This document shows, one piece after another, positions 30,800 through 41,395 of a DNA stretch of 64,000 nt (the first letter of the stretch is position 1; each line of letters opens with the position of its first letter). A program made the position numbers and the translations under genes. The DNA is taken from positions 22,323-86,322 of IMG/VR virus record IMGVR_UViG_3300041583_000385. One strand, given 5' to 3'. The notes under the pieces are model-generated. The model ran no database searches, was not told the DNA's origin, and worked only from the letters and a program-made list of their open reading frames with translations. This stretch comes from a virus.

Positions 30800-31666
30800 A
30801 TGATATTTTATGTATATGTATATTTGAATAGATTAAAACCGGGTTTTTATGATTATGGATCTGGTTTAGTTTTTAATTATGAACCATTCTATGTTGGTAA
30901 AGGAAAGCTAAATAGGTATCTATATCATCTAAATAAAGTTAGAAATAATTGCAAATACAATAAAAGTTTAAAATTTGATATAATAGAGGAAAATATAAAA
31001 AATAACCTAGATCCACTCATTATAATTATTCATGATAAATTAATTGAAATTGACTCCTTAACAATGGAAAAGGAAATAATAACTAAGATAGGTAGATTGG
31101 ATTTAAAACTTGGACCACTTACAAATAGAAATGATGGTGGTTTAAAACCACAAGATAACTATAAACATAATAAGGAGTCAAAATTGAAAATATCCGAAGG
31201 TGGTAAAAAAAGAGATCCTGAAAAAAGGTATAAATTAATATCACCATCCGGGGAAATATTTGATAATATAAAATTGTTAAATTTCTGTAATGAGAATAAT
31301 TTAGATTATCAAAAAATAAGAAAGTCCTCCAATAGGGGAATAATTAAAGAAATAAGGATAACATCTAAAAAACAATCAAAATTAAGTACACTAAATTGTG
31401 TTGGTTGGGAAGTTATAAATAAAAAATTAAGTAATTATAGTATTCGTGAAATAAAATATAAATTAATATCTCCTTTTGGTAAAGAGATATTAATTTATAA
31501 AGGAGATATTTTAAAGGATATATGTTTAGAATTAATATTAGATACTAGAACATTAAGATATTATAAAAATAAAGGTGTAATACATATTAAAAATAAAAAT
31601 CAATCTAATAATGAATCAATCAATTGTGAAGGTTGGGAATTTATTGATCCTCAACATCATCTTTAA
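30800..31666 (+). mobile_element. GIY-YIG family homing endonuclease
   Basis: FYVYVY...PFYVGKG..R..H, E..I..IGR..GPLTN..GG. Confidence 0.82.
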
Positions 31667-32900
31667 AAAAAAGAGATTTATCCTTTGACATTAACCAATC
31701 TCTAGCAATCATTAATTTCTTGGTTTTATCTAACAACCAACCTTTAGTGATATCATGAATATCTTTACCATTATCCAATGCCATCACATAACTAAAGTTA
31801 GGATCTGTTTTAAGATACCTAAGAGCATATTTCTTTCTATCACTACCCATATTCAAAAATATTTTATATGAGTCTTTTATCTCAGAAGATTTTTCATTTA
31901 ATGAATTCTTCACAATTGATATTATTTTATTAATTCTTTCATGTGTCTCAAACTCTTCCTCTGGTATTTGACCAAGTACATCATCTATTTTATCATCCAA
32001 TATTGTGGAGATAATAACATTTTCCTTATATATATCATCTGTTAGTAATCCATGAAGAGCTGTATACCAAGGAGTTTTTAGTTTGAAGAAGAAATCTCTA
32101 CCTTCACTATCCTCAGCTTGTACAATACAACCTTCTTTATCAATTTGAGTCGCAACTAATTCAACCAAACTATTCAAATCACCTTGGTGATCATCTTCAA
32201 ATGGTGCAATCTTAATTGAACCAATTTTATCTAAATGGTCTTGTATATCAATATGTTTACCAGTCTTATTATTTCTTAATCTAAGAAGTATTAAATCTTC
32301 ATCAGAATATCTTAATACAATTCTGTTATGAGTGGCAACATATTCAAATATTGGAATGATATCATTATCTAAACACCAGTTAACTAAAGCTTTTACCTCA
32401 GTGTTCTTAGAATATATTCTATTGATACCATTAGCTTGATCATTATCAAATCCCATTTTAGATTTACCAACAATTTTACCATTTGGTAATTTTACGAATG
32501 TAGCTATTGATCCATCTTCCTTATTATTAACATACTTTATTTTGTAATTCTTAATAACAGAATACATTGATTCTGGAACTTGGTTTATATTAAAGAACTT
32601 TTCAAGTAATACATATCTATTGAATAATGTTCCATCTTCATTAAATATGAAAGTTAATCCTCTCATTTCATAACCTTTTAATTCAGGTTTATGATCAAGT
32701 GGGTTAGCAAAATCTTTATATTGAGCAAGTCTGTAATTAAATACGGACACATTGAATCCATCAACTATCATCTTAGATTCATAAAAAGGATCATCATCTT
32801 TTGAGCATAACTCAACCGCTTCTTCATAAGAAGGTATTGAATAACCCTTATACTCTGAGCTTTCGTTTATAAATTCAAGATACTTAACTAATTTCTTCAT
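31641..32900 (-). CDS. rnlA: T4 Rnl1-like RNA ligase with N-terminal tag
   Basis: EMRGL, KFFNINQ, KEDGS (motif I), FEY, NRIV, EG, FKLKTPWY; starts MKKLVKYLEFINES. Confidence 0.9.
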   Translation of the reverse strand: MKKLVKYLEFINESSEYKGYSIPSYEEAVELCSKDDDPFYESKMIVDGFNVSVFNYRLAQYKDFANPLDHKPELKGYEMRGLTFIFNEDGTLFNRYVLLEKFFNINQVPESMYSVIKNYKIKYVNNKEDGSIATFVKLPNGKIVGKSKMGFDNDQANGINRIYSKNTEVKALVNWCLDNDIIPIFEYVATHNRIVLRYSDEDLILLRLRNNKTGKHIDIQDHLDKIGSIKIAPFEDDHQGDLNSLVELVATQIDKEGCIVQAEDSEGRDFFFKLKTPWYTALHGLLTDDIYKENVIISTILDDKIDDVLGQIPEEEFETHERINKIISIVKNSLNEKSSEIKDSYKIFLNMGSDRKKYALRYLKTDPNFSYVMALDNGKDIHDITKGWLLDKTKKLMIARDWLMSKDKSLFFKDDVEDQ

Positions 32901-32912
32901 TTTTTATATATT

Positions 32913-32937
32913 AAAAAACCAGATAATTAATCTGGTT
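32913..32937 (-). terminator. intrinsic terminator overlapping the late promoter of the ligase
   Basis: AACCAGATTAATTATCTGGTTTTTT, then TAATATATA. Confidence 0.7.
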
Positions 32938-33163
32938 AATAATCTAATTTTAATTCTGGTAGAGGTACTTCACTTGTCAATATCTGACCCATTCCAAAAT
33001 TCTGTTTTAATAGAGCTCCTTTCTTGGTTATATTAACAATAAAGTATGTACTTCTATGTTCTTCTGACCAACACCACCTAACGATGTCTCCTATTTTATA
33101 ATCTATACTATCTTCTTCGATTTCTTCTTTATGACTTGTCACTTTCATTTCTAATACACCCAT
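32936..33163 (-). CDS. hypothetical protein
   Basis: 75 aa, YKIGDIV SH3-like start. Confidence 0.55.
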   Translation of the reverse strand: MGVLEMKVTSHKEEIEEDSIDYKIGDIVRWCWSEEHRSTYFIVNITKKGALLKQNFGMGQILTSEVPLPELKLDY

Positions 33164-33712
33164 TTATTTAATAATACTTTTTATTAATTCATGGTAAACT
33201 TCATCTACTGTACCTTCACCATCAATTTCAATTATTCTTTTTTTGTAGAAATTTTTCAATGGTGCAGAGTCTTCGTTATAATTTTTTATTCTTTTCTTTA
33301 TAACATCTACACTAGAATCATCAGGTCTATTTGATGTCTCACCTCTTTTTAAATTTCTTTTAATCGTTGTTTCTTCACTAACATTTATCCAAATGACTTT
33401 TTTGATATTTAACATTCTATCTAAACTAAGTCCTTGATTGTTTGTTCTTGGATAACCATCTATAAGATAAAATGTACCATGTTTAATTGGTTTCTTTAAT
33501 TCATTGAGAATAATTTTTGTTATCATTCCATCCGGAACTAAATTACCATCATCTATAATAGAAGCAATTTCTTTACCCAATTCACTACCAGATGCTTTCT
33601 CTTCTCTTAATAAGTCACCAGCACTAATTAATTTATAATTGTACTCATTTATAATCTTATTACAGATTGTTCCCTTTCCAGATCCAGGAGGTCCCACTAT
33701 CACTAAATTCAT
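33164..33712 (-). CDS. adk: adenylate kinase (short LID)
   Basis: GPPGSGKGT, ISAGDLLR, GNLVPD, DGYPR, RPDD. Confidence 0.95.
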   Translation of the reverse strand: MNLVIVGPPGSGKGTICNKIINEYNYKLISAGDLLREEKASGSELGKEIASIIDDGNLVPDGMITKIILNELKKPIKHGTFYLIDGYPRTNNQGLSLDRMLNIKKVIWINVSEETTIKRNLKRGETSNRPDDSSVDVIKKRIKNYNEDSAPLKNFYKKRIIEIDGEGTVDEVYHELIKSIIK

Positions 33713-34076
33713 ATTCCTATATCATTTAATTTTTCATTCCTTCTTTTAGAAATATACATTGGATAAGTTTTGACTTTTTTAACAAAAGTTGGATAAAAAT
33801 CAGTTACGGTTAAAACTTCTTTGTTTTTGGAATCAGCAAAATACTCTGCTGATTCCCAATCTTCATCCCTCAATTTCCTAGATTTTGGCTTATAATATAT
33901 ATTATATTAAATAGGATCTAGGAAATTGAGTGAGCACATAGCCTATAAAATTTAGATGTTGGTTTTTGAACCATTATATAATCTACCATTTCACATAACA
34001 TTGGGTATAATTTTATCATACCCGCGGGTTTAAACCCATAACTATTTATAAAATCTTTTATCTCTTCCTCATTCAT
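33709..34076 (-). pseudogene. frameshifted ORF ending in C-terminal tag RRNEKLNDIGI
   Basis: ATG 34076 overlaps the upstream stop; frame broken; TGA 33709 overlaps the adk ATG. Confidence 0.5.
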
Positions 34077-34486
34077 TAAACTAACTTTTCTAAATTAGCA
34101 TTTCTATTAACAATCTTATCACCACCCATTAGTCTTTTAACTACTTCAACAGTGAATTTATATGATTTACCTGCTTTGTTTTTAGCAATCACAGGATATT
34201 TTCTATTTCTTGTTTTAATCTCAGTTACTTCAAAAGTAATACCACCTTGGTCAAAAGACATACCAACGATATCTTGTGTAAATCCAATTCTTCTACAAAC
34301 TGATTCATATACACCTTTAACAACATCATTCTTCACATTGGTTGATACCTTTAATTTAGTTGTGTAATATGCACTATTGAATGAAGCACCACCCAAAGAT
34401 ATTGTAACATTTTCTTCTGCTTCAATTTCTTTTAATGCTTTTTGAATTTTTGCTTGTATTGATCTTACTCTTGCTCTATCTATCAT
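34076..34486 (-). CDS. hypothetical protein with C-terminal tag (RNANLEKLV)
   Basis: 136 aa, RNRKYPVIA..GKSYKF. Confidence 0.75.
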   Translation of the reverse strand: MIDRARVRSIQAKIQKALKEIEAEENVTISLGGASFNSAYYTTKLKVSTNVKNDVVKGVYESVCRRIGFTQDIVGMSFDQGGITFEVTEIKTRNRKYPVIAKNKAGKSYKFTVEVVKRLMGGDKIVNRNANLEKLV

Positions 34487-34546
34487 CTTTGTCTTTTTAG
34501 TGGTTAATAATTATAAAATATAAGGAATTTATTTAATATATACCTT

Positions 34547-34723
34547 ATGTATCACTTAAAATCATTCAAAATATTTGAATCAAATGATAATTTAAATAAT
34601 AAAGTTAATAACGAATTAATTCAAAATTTAAAAGATATATCACTTGACTTATTGGATAATCATACAAACTTACTAAGTAGAATTAAACAAATGTATCCAA
34701 CTTATAAAATCAATTTAACATAA
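34547..34723 (+). CDS. short or truncated N-tagged paralog
   Basis: MYHLKSFKIFES...LKDISLDLLD; TAATATATA 4 nt upstream. Confidence 0.6.
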   Translation: MYHLKSFKIFESNDNLNNKVNNELIQNLKDISLDLLDNHTNLLSRIKQMYPTYKINLT

Positions 34724-34903
34724 CACAGTCTTTGCCGCTTGGTATTGTTTCTCACTCAAAACTTTAAGATTTTTCTTACCAACTAAAACCTTTTCTAAAG
34801 ATTTTGATGTTTTAAGACTTCTTTGTAAAGAAAGTATAAAAGAGTTTTCACCATCATACTTTCTTATAAGTTTATTCAATTCTAATTTTTCTTCTAATTC
34901 CAT
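34715..34903 (-). CDS. small protein with FILSL...LSEKQ module
   Basis: shares a motif with the C-terminus of 2602-3306. Confidence 0.65.
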   Translation of the reverse strand: MELEEKLELNKLIRKYDGENSFILSLQRSLKTSKSLEKVLVGKKNLKVLSEKQYQAAKTVLC

Positions 34904-34956
34904 TTGTTATATTTTTTTAAATTATCTTCTTTCCATAATGGTCTGAGGTTAAAGAA

Positions 34957-35598
34957 CTATTTAACACTAGCCTTTCGCCACCGTCTAGACCAATGTTCAT
35001 CTGTTTGAACATGATTTGCTCGTACCCATTTAGATACATTCTCAGCAAAATCATCGTTGTGAAACATACCAGCGCTTCTAACTACAATTCCTTCTCTCTC
35101 ACCACCTAATTCTGATTTCTCAGAAACTAAACTATCAACCAATTCTTTTAATTCTTTCTCTGAATTAACAATACCTTTGAATAAAACTGGTACTGTTGGT
35201 ATATCTAATAGATAAGAATATTCTTCCACTGATTTCCATGGTACCCAAATATTATTATCTCTAACACCAAATATATAAAAGTATGATTTTAGATTAGTAT
35301 ATTCAATTGAGTGTATTCCTTCTAAGTTTTCACCAAAAAGAAATTCATCTGGTGATAGATTTCCTCTTACTTTAACATCATGTAACTGTCTAACCTCTCT
35401 ACTCCAAGGTGATGTAGTGTATGTTGCATGACTTCTAGCATAAACACCATCATTAGTCATTCCAGTATTTTCACCATCTAACTTTTCAGTAATAACAATC
35501 TGCTTACCTATTAACAAGGTAATGTCATTAGATATCTTATCATCACTTGTTGTACCAGGTGACCAGGGTAAATGATATGTTCTTTGGTATTTTGACAT
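34957..35598 (-). CDS. ATP-dependent RNA ligase (Rnl2-like nucleotidyltransferase domain)
   Basis: RTYHLPWS, TEKLDGEN, FGEN, EGIVVR, KWVR; start moved to MSKY. Confidence 0.88.
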   Translation of the reverse strand: MSKYQRTYHLPWSPGTTSDDKISNDITLLIGKQIVITEKLDGENTGMTNDGVYARSHATYTTSPWSREVRQLHDVKVRGNLSPDEFLFGENLEGIHSIEYTNLKSYFYIFGVRDNNIWVPWKSVEEYSYLLDIPTVPVLFKGIVNSEKELKELVDSLVSEKSELGGEREGIVVRSAGMFHNDDFAENVSKWVRANHVQTDEHWSRRWRKASVK

Positions 35599-35609
35599 AG
35601 ATTTATATA

Positions 35610-36596
35610 TTAAGTACAAATATAACATGAAATTAACCATTCAACAAATTTATCAAAGGATTTTTTACCACCAAAGAATCTAATAGGTTTAAAATGTTGT
35701 ATTCCATCAAATTCTATGCAGATATTTTCATCAACCAAATAAAAATCAAATTTTAATTTATTTTTGAATTTACAATCATCAAATGTTTTTTGTGTTTGGT
35801 GATTTATATTATTTTTTATTAGTATATACTCAATGTAATTTTCAAATTTACTTTTATTACAAACACTACAACCACATCCGGAAAAATGATCACTTATTAC
35901 TTGTGTAAATATACGACCACACTTTTTGTGCTTTATTTCAATTTTTGAAAAAGCACCACTCAATTCTGATAATATAATATATTCATTGTTATGAATTTTA
36001 TCAGATTTTTCTTGAACCATTTCCTTTGTTAATGGTGCGTTACCAGCACATTTTGGACACCCATGTCCAATTAGATGAGATGATACCAATTGGATATACT
36101 CATACCCACACTTTTTGTGCTTTATAAATGACTTCTCTGTATATTTAATATTATTAGATAATATCTCATATTCACTATCCCAATATTCATTAGACCTATT
36201 TATTATATCAACACTTGATAACTTTTTATTACCATAACATTTAAAACACCTATCACCTCTTAAATGTCTATTTCCTATTTGTGTAAATATTTCACCACAA
36301 ACCTTATGCTCTATTTTAACTGGATAATTACCATTTTTAAATTCCAATATCACATATTCACTATTATGAATTTCATCAGACTTTTTTTGAAACATTTCTT
36401 TTGTTCTCCATACACCATCACAGATAGGACACCTATTTCTATTCAATAAGTGTGATAGTCTAGTTTCGAATATATGACCACATGAATGTTTAAATTTTGA
36501 TTTCTTATCTCCTTTTTTGAAATCTAATATTTTGAAATCTAATCCTGAGTTATCTATTCTATTTTGGTAGTCTTTTAATGTTAATGTATTACCCAT
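35610..36596 (-). mobile_element. homing endonuclease with zinc-ribbon repeats and Vsr-like PD-(D/E)xK domain (C-terminus truncated)
   Basis: four H..CG...HL.G..CP.C repeats; FDFYL...IEFDGIQH. Confidence 0.8.
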
Positions 36597-36644
36597 AAAC
36601 TTTATTTTATTTTTTACCTATAAACAATAAATTATATATTAAAT

Positions 36645-37130
36645 ATGAAAATTACTTTATGCGCAGAAGACCTAATACGTAGGTGTGTATGGGACTCATA
36701 TGTTTATTACATATTAGGATCAGACAAGGAAGGTCAAAAAATCTTAGCAGAAAACGAAGAGATGGAAATATCTGAACGTGATGCTTTAGTCATTGGTTTG
36801 TTAAAAGTTATCGAAACTGATAACCTTATACACAAATTCAATACTCATGTAGCTGAGTTTTTAGCAAACAAAACAAAAAAGGAAGGTACTTTACTATTAA
36901 CTAGTAGAAGGGCTTTTGATAATACTGTTGATAAGTTCTTAGATAAATTTCCTGATTATTGGGAACCATCTGCTAACTGGACAAGTTCGTTAAAAGATTT
37001 AGTTGACTATATAGAAATATTCAAAACAAAATTAGAAGGATTGGAAATACATAAGATAGTTGATAAGAATATAACTTATGAATTATATAATTCTAATCAT
37101 ATTAGAAAAATGCTTAAATTTAATTACTAA
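36645..37130 (+). CDS. hypothetical protein
   Basis: 161 aa; AAAC-N18-TATA upstream (36597-36622). Confidence 0.75.
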   Translation: MKITLCAEDLIRRCVWDSYVYYILGSDKEGQKILAENEEMEISERDALVIGLLKVIETDNLIHKFNTHVAEFLANKTKKEGTLLLTSRRAFDNTVDKFLDKFPDYWEPSANWTSSLKDLVDYIEIFKTKLEGLEIHKIVDKNITYELYNSNHIRKMLKFNY

Positions 37131-37133
37131 AAA

Positions 37134-37670
37134 ATGAAAGAAACAATTTCAAAGACTGTTGAATTTTTAAGAGACAAGAAATTATTAGATGTTGATAAAG
37201 ATTCATTCAAAATAATTCATGATGAAGCTGGAGAGGTATCACTAAATGAACTATTAGAAGAATTTGCTGGTATGTGTGGTCAAAACGGAGCTGACTCACA
37301 CATGAGATTAGCCGCTGAATTCGATAACTATAAAAAGAGAACTTCAAAAGAGAAACAAGACTTAGTAAACTCTACAAAGGTTAAAATGCTTAGTTCCATA
37401 CTTGATATGGATAGTGATATATCACTTGCATTAAAATCTATAACAAATGAGGAAGCTAAAGAAGGAGTTTCACTTATAGCCTCTAAGGTAGATAGTTTTT
37501 TAAAATCACAAGGTATTGAATCAATACAAACAGATACTTATGATAGTGAAATTCATGAACCAATAAGTGTTGTTGACATAGGTGAGTCTAAGATAGTTGA
37601 TGTTATTAGTAAAGGATATACATTAAACGGTAAACCATTTAGATATCCTAAAATTATTTTAGGAAAATAA
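37134..37670 (+). CDS. grpE: nucleotide exchange factor GrpE
   Basis: RLAAEFDNYKKR, YDSEIHEP, KGYTLNGK..R. Confidence 0.92.
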   Translation: MKETISKTVEFLRDKKLLDVDKDSFKIIHDEAGEVSLNELLEEFAGMCGQNGADSHMRLAAEFDNYKKRTSKEKQDLVNSTKVKMLSSILDMDSDISLALKSITNEEAKEGVSLIASKVDSFLKSQGIESIQTDTYDSEIHEPISVVDIGESKIVDVISKGYTLNGKPFRYPKIILGK

Positions 37671-38209
37671 TGTCTGATAATAAAGTTACATTATTTGATA
37701 TTAAATCTAACCTACAATATAGACAATATATAGTTTCAGAACTATCTAGTCGAGTTGATGATAAGTTGAAAACAGAATTTATTAAGGTCATCAATCATGT
37801 TATTGATGACCCTAGTATATTTGATAGAGAAGATTTAGAAGGTAGTTTTTATGAGGGTGAAGATGATACACATGATTTAGTTTTACCAGCGGTTGCTAGG
37901 GTTTTGAACCAAGTATTTATAAAACCACCACCAATCTTCCAGGGGAAATATGATGAAGGTACTCGATTAGAATTATTTCAAACTATGTTTGATATTGATG
38001 AATTTAATGAATACTTAGTTAATATGTTGATAGAATCAAAGGGATCTTTGAGTAAATTCACAAATATTGATAGAACTGCTGAAACTTTATCACTAATAGT
38101 TGATAACTATATTGCTAAGTTAGTCACTGCTGTTTTGGAATCATATGATATAGATAATGACTTAATAAGACTTAAAAGAGAAAGAAAACTTAAATATTTA
38201 ACAAAATGA
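37670..38209 (+). CDS. hypothetical protein with C-terminal tag (RERKLKYL)
   Basis: 179 aa; contains LVLPAVARV. Confidence 0.7.
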   Translation: MSDNKVTLFDIKSNLQYRQYIVSELSSRVDDKLKTEFIKVINHVIDDPSIFDREDLEGSFYEGEDDTHDLVLPAVARVLNQVFIKPPPIFQGKYDEGTRLELFQTMFDIDEFNEYLVNMLIESKGSLSKFTNIDRTAETLSLIVDNYIAKLVTAVLESYDIDNDLIRLKRERKLKYLTK

Positions 38210-38520
38210 GGGTAGATTGGTATATTGATATTTCTGAACACATGAAAACAAAAAAAATGGCAGATCAAGTTATAAAGACAGTGACTCCGTTGATGGATTA
38301 TTTTTGTGAAAGGTTATCAGATCAAATAATGACTATTGAGAACATAGAAAAAACTTTTTCTGAGATTATAGAAGAAATGCCTGTGATGAACCATAGGATA
38401 GTAGAAGTTAATGGTGAGAGGGAGTTTGTAATATATTATAATAGATGGGTTCGTATAAAATTGACGGACAGCACCAAACAAATATATAGAGAAATAAAAT
38501 TAACAAAGATATTATCATAG
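38206..38520 (+). CDS. hypothetical protein with C-terminal tag (REIKLTKIL)
   Basis: 104 aa ORF. Confidence 0.7.
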   Translation: MRVDWYIDISEHMKTKKMADQVIKTVTPLMDYFCERLSDQIMTIENIEKTFSEIIEEMPVMNHRIVEVNGEREFVIYYNRWVRIKLTDSTKQIYREIKLTKILS

Positions 38521-38522
38521 TT

Positions 38523-39593
38523 ATGGCAAAAGATTATTACGAGATATTAGGAGTAGATAAAGGAGCATCAGAGGATAAAATCAAGAAAGCTTATCGTAAA
38601 ATGGCGATGAAGTATCACCCTGATAAGAATCCAGATAATGAAGCGGCTGAGTCTAAATTCAAAGAAGCGGCTGAGGCATATGATACACTTTCATCGAAAG
38701 AAAAGAAAGAAAGTTATGATAGATTCGGTCCGGGTGGTAGTCCATTTGGACAGGGTAACCCATTTGCTAACTCCGGTGGAGGTGGTGGATACGGATTTAA
38801 TATGGAAGATATATTTAGTCAATTCGGTGATATTTTTGGTGGTCAATTTGGTGGTCAACAAAAAAGAACTAAAAAAGGATCTGATTTAAGAATAAAAGTT
38901 TCTTTAACTATTGAAGATGTATTAAACGGTACTAGTAAGAAGATAAAATATAAAAGACAAGATTCTTGTAATAGTTGCTCGGGTAAAGGAGGAACTGATG
39001 TTAAAAATTGTATTCCTTGTGGTGGGAGAGGTAGTAGAATAATTCTACAACAAACACCATTTGGTCAAGTTAGGCAACAAGCACCCTGTCCTGATTGTCA
39101 AGGTTCTGGTAAACAAGTGACTAATAAATGTGGTGTTTGTCACGGAGCTGGTACTAATGTTAAAGATGAAATTGTAGAGGTTGATATCCCAGCTGGTGTT
39201 TCAAATGGAATGCAACTTAATATGAGAAGTTATGGTAACCATATAAGAGATGGTGTACCTGGTGATTTACATATAATGATTGATGAAGTTAGAGAATTCT
39301 ATTTCAAAAGAGATGGTAATAACTTAATCGTTGAGAAAGAAATATCTGTTATAGATGCTATCTTAGGAGCACATCTTAAAGTTAAAACACCACACGGTGA
39401 TTTACCATTGACAATAGATGAGGGGACTCAACATGGTAAAACTATTAGAGTTTCGGGTAAAGGAGTTCCTGATGTTAATTTGGGACTTGGGGATTTATTT
39501 GTAGTTGTTAATGTTAGAATACCACAAAATATTTCTATGGATGAGAAGTATATACTTGAGAAGTTAAAGAAATCTAAGAATTTCGAAGCATGA
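38523..39593 (+). CDS. dnaJ: chaperone DnaJ (class A)
   Basis: [13 protein letters not shown] region, four CxxCxGxG. Confidence 0.97.
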   Translation: MAKDYYEILGVDKGASEDKIKKAYRKMAMKYHPDKNPDNEAAESKFKEAAEAYDTLSSKEKKESYDRFGPGGSPFGQGNPFANSGGGGGYGFNMEDIFSQFGDIFGGQFGGQQKRTKKGSDLRIKVSLTIEDVLNGTSKKIKYKRQDSCNSCSGKGGTDVKNCIPCGGRGSRIILQQTPFGQVRQQAPCPDCQGSGKQVTNKCGVCHGAGTNVKDEIVEVDIPAGVSNGMQLNMRSYGNHIRDGVPGDLHIMIDEVREFYFKRDGNNLIVEKEISVIDAILGAHLKVKTPHGDLPLTIDEGTQHGKTIRVSGKGVPDVNLGLGDLFVVVNVRIPQNISMDEKYILEKLKKSKNFEA

Positions 39594-39802
39594 TGAAACA
39601 TCCAAAATTAAATAGTGTTGTGTATCATACTACTATGCCAAAAAAACCAATTGAGGGTAATATTTATTATAATTCGATAGAATCAACTAATTATATTTAC
39701 CAAGAAGATGGTAAATGGAAATCATTAACCTTTCATTCTGATATTTGGTATGGTATAAATGTTGATAGAAAGAAAAAAATCAAGAATATTTATGAGCAAT
39801 AG
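39590..39802 (+). CDS. small protein with C-terminal tag (RKKKIKNIY)
   Basis: 70 aa ORF. Confidence 0.6.
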   Translation: MMKHPKLNSVVYHTTMPKKPIEGNIYYNSIESTNYIYQEDGKWKSLTFHSDIWYGINVDRKKKIKNIYEQ

Positions 39803-39976
39803 TTATGTTGATTATATCACTACACACTTAGATAAAAGTATTACTTATTCCGAATATTTAGCTGAGAATTTAAATAAAAATATTGCTGCCGAATATTTAA
39901 GAAAGGAATCGAGAATGAATAATTGATTCCCCGTAATGGAATCAAAATGAATAAAATAAAATCAATATTCAAATGA
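39792..39976 (+). pseudogene. small ORF with YSEYLAENL motif; C-tag (RMNKIKSIFK) split by a short duplication
   Basis: [30 protein letters not shown]...ESRMNN*; GGAATCRARAATGAATAA-like segment occurs twice. Confidence 0.5.
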
Positions 39977-40281
39977 ATTATGTTTATATAATATCTTGTC
40001 AACGTGGACAAGCACTACCAGAAATATACTCTATGTGGATCACATATGAAAAAGCAATAACCGCTTATTATGATTGTTGTGTTAGTGATGGTAATAGAAC
40101 AAGTTTTAAGAGATTGTATAAATTTCCATTAGATGAACTATACTGTGATATAAACAAATGGAGTGATATTAAGATGGGTAAAACTTGTAAATACCTACTT
40201 AAATTCGATTTCAAAGATTTAAAATCAGAACATCTATCAGTGAGTCGTGATAATAAGATAAGTGAATTGGGTATTGATTAA
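39973..40281 (+). CDS. hypothetical protein with C-terminal tag (RDNKISELGI)
   Basis: 102 aa ORF. Confidence 0.7.
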   Translation: MNYVYIISCQRGQALPEIYSMWITYEKAITAYYDCCVSDGNRTSFKRLYKFPLDELYCDINKWSDIKMGKTCKYLLKFDFKDLKSEHLSVSRDNKISELGID

Positions 40282-40457
40282 TCAATACTTTTTTTATGCT
40301 TTGGTTTTCTTGTATAAGTCTTTTTTGATGTATGAACTTTATGCGTAGCAGTCCACCCAATTGAATTTTCCAATTCAATTTCCCTAGAGATTTTCTTGTT
40401 TTGTGTAAGAATTTGCTCTTGTGTTATTTTCCCTATCTTGATTACTTTAGTGTTCAT
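40278..40457 (-). CDS. small basic protein (HTSKKTYTRKPKH)
   Basis: start moved to MNTKVIK, 5 nt after TTTG-N20-TAGATTTG. Confidence 0.7.
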   Translation of the reverse strand: MNTKVIKIGKITQEQILTQNKKISREIELENSIGWTATHKVHTSKKTYTRKPKHKKSID

Positions 40458-40526
40458 AATAACAAATCTACGAAAAATAACCGGAATCACCAAATTTATA
40501 TATAGAGATAAATATAAATACATTTT

Positions 40527-41315
40527 ATGTCTAATAACAATAATTACGTACCATACCAAGGAGGTTATACAATAGATGAACTAATTGATATGGTTCAATT
40601 TGAATTAAACGTTGCTTGTGCATTACCTAAAACACTACCAGATGCTGCTATTAGACAAATAATTGAAGTAAGAGCATTACCTTGGTTTTATCGTAATTAC
40701 CAATACGCTGTTCAAAAAATGTATTTCTTTATAAATAAAGAAGCATTTACTTGTGAAGAATTTACAAAATATAATTTTGTTCAAGTTCCTTGTGAAATAC
40801 AATCTGTTATTTATTTATATGAAGTTAGAGGTGATTCTTTATTTCAATTGGGTCTAAACACTCCTAATATGTCGGTTAACTTAGGTGTTACAAACCAACC
40901 ATATCTATCATCATATGTTACTACAATAGGTGAATTGGGTGTTTATAAGACTATATTAGATTCGATGTCTGATATGATGAATCAATTAAATAAATATACA
41001 TTAAAATACCACTTTAATCAATTAAATCATAGACTTAATATATTGACTGATGTTCAACATCACGTTATTATGGAAGCTTATGCTGATATACCTAAAGAGA
41101 ATTTATATAAAGATGATTTGTTCTTTAAATACATTACTGGGTATGCTAAGCAACAACTGGGTAACTTGGTTGGAAGGTACGATTTCGTTTTGCCCGGTGG
41201 TATTAAGATACAAGCATCTGACCTTATCTCACAAGGTAAAGAAGAGGTTAAAGAAGTTGAAGAGGAAATTAAAGGACAGAGTAATAGTTCGTGGTTTTAC
41301 ATGGTCAAGAAGTGA
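40527..41315 (+). CDS. head completion / neck protein (T4 gp13-like)
   Basis: FFKYITGYAKQQLG..VGRY...LPGGIKI...GKEE C-terminal signature. Confidence 0.75.
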   Translation: MSNNNNYVPYQGGYTIDELIDMVQFELNVACALPKTLPDAAIRQIIEVRALPWFYRNYQYAVQKMYFFINKEAFTCEEFTKYNFVQVPCEIQSVIYLYEVRGDSLFQLGLNTPNMSVNLGVTNQPYLSSYVTTIGELGVYKTILDSMSDMMNQLNKYTLKYHFNQLNHRLNILTDVQHHVIMEAYADIPKENLYKDDLFFKYITGYAKQQLGNLVGRYDFVLPGGIKIQASDLISQGKEEVKEVEEEIKGQSNSSWFYMVKK

Positions 41316-41395
41316 TACCTACACACTCACTTGATTCCAGAGGTATTCATTAGGAGAAGCTTACAATATAATATATAATAAAACTAAGTTATATT

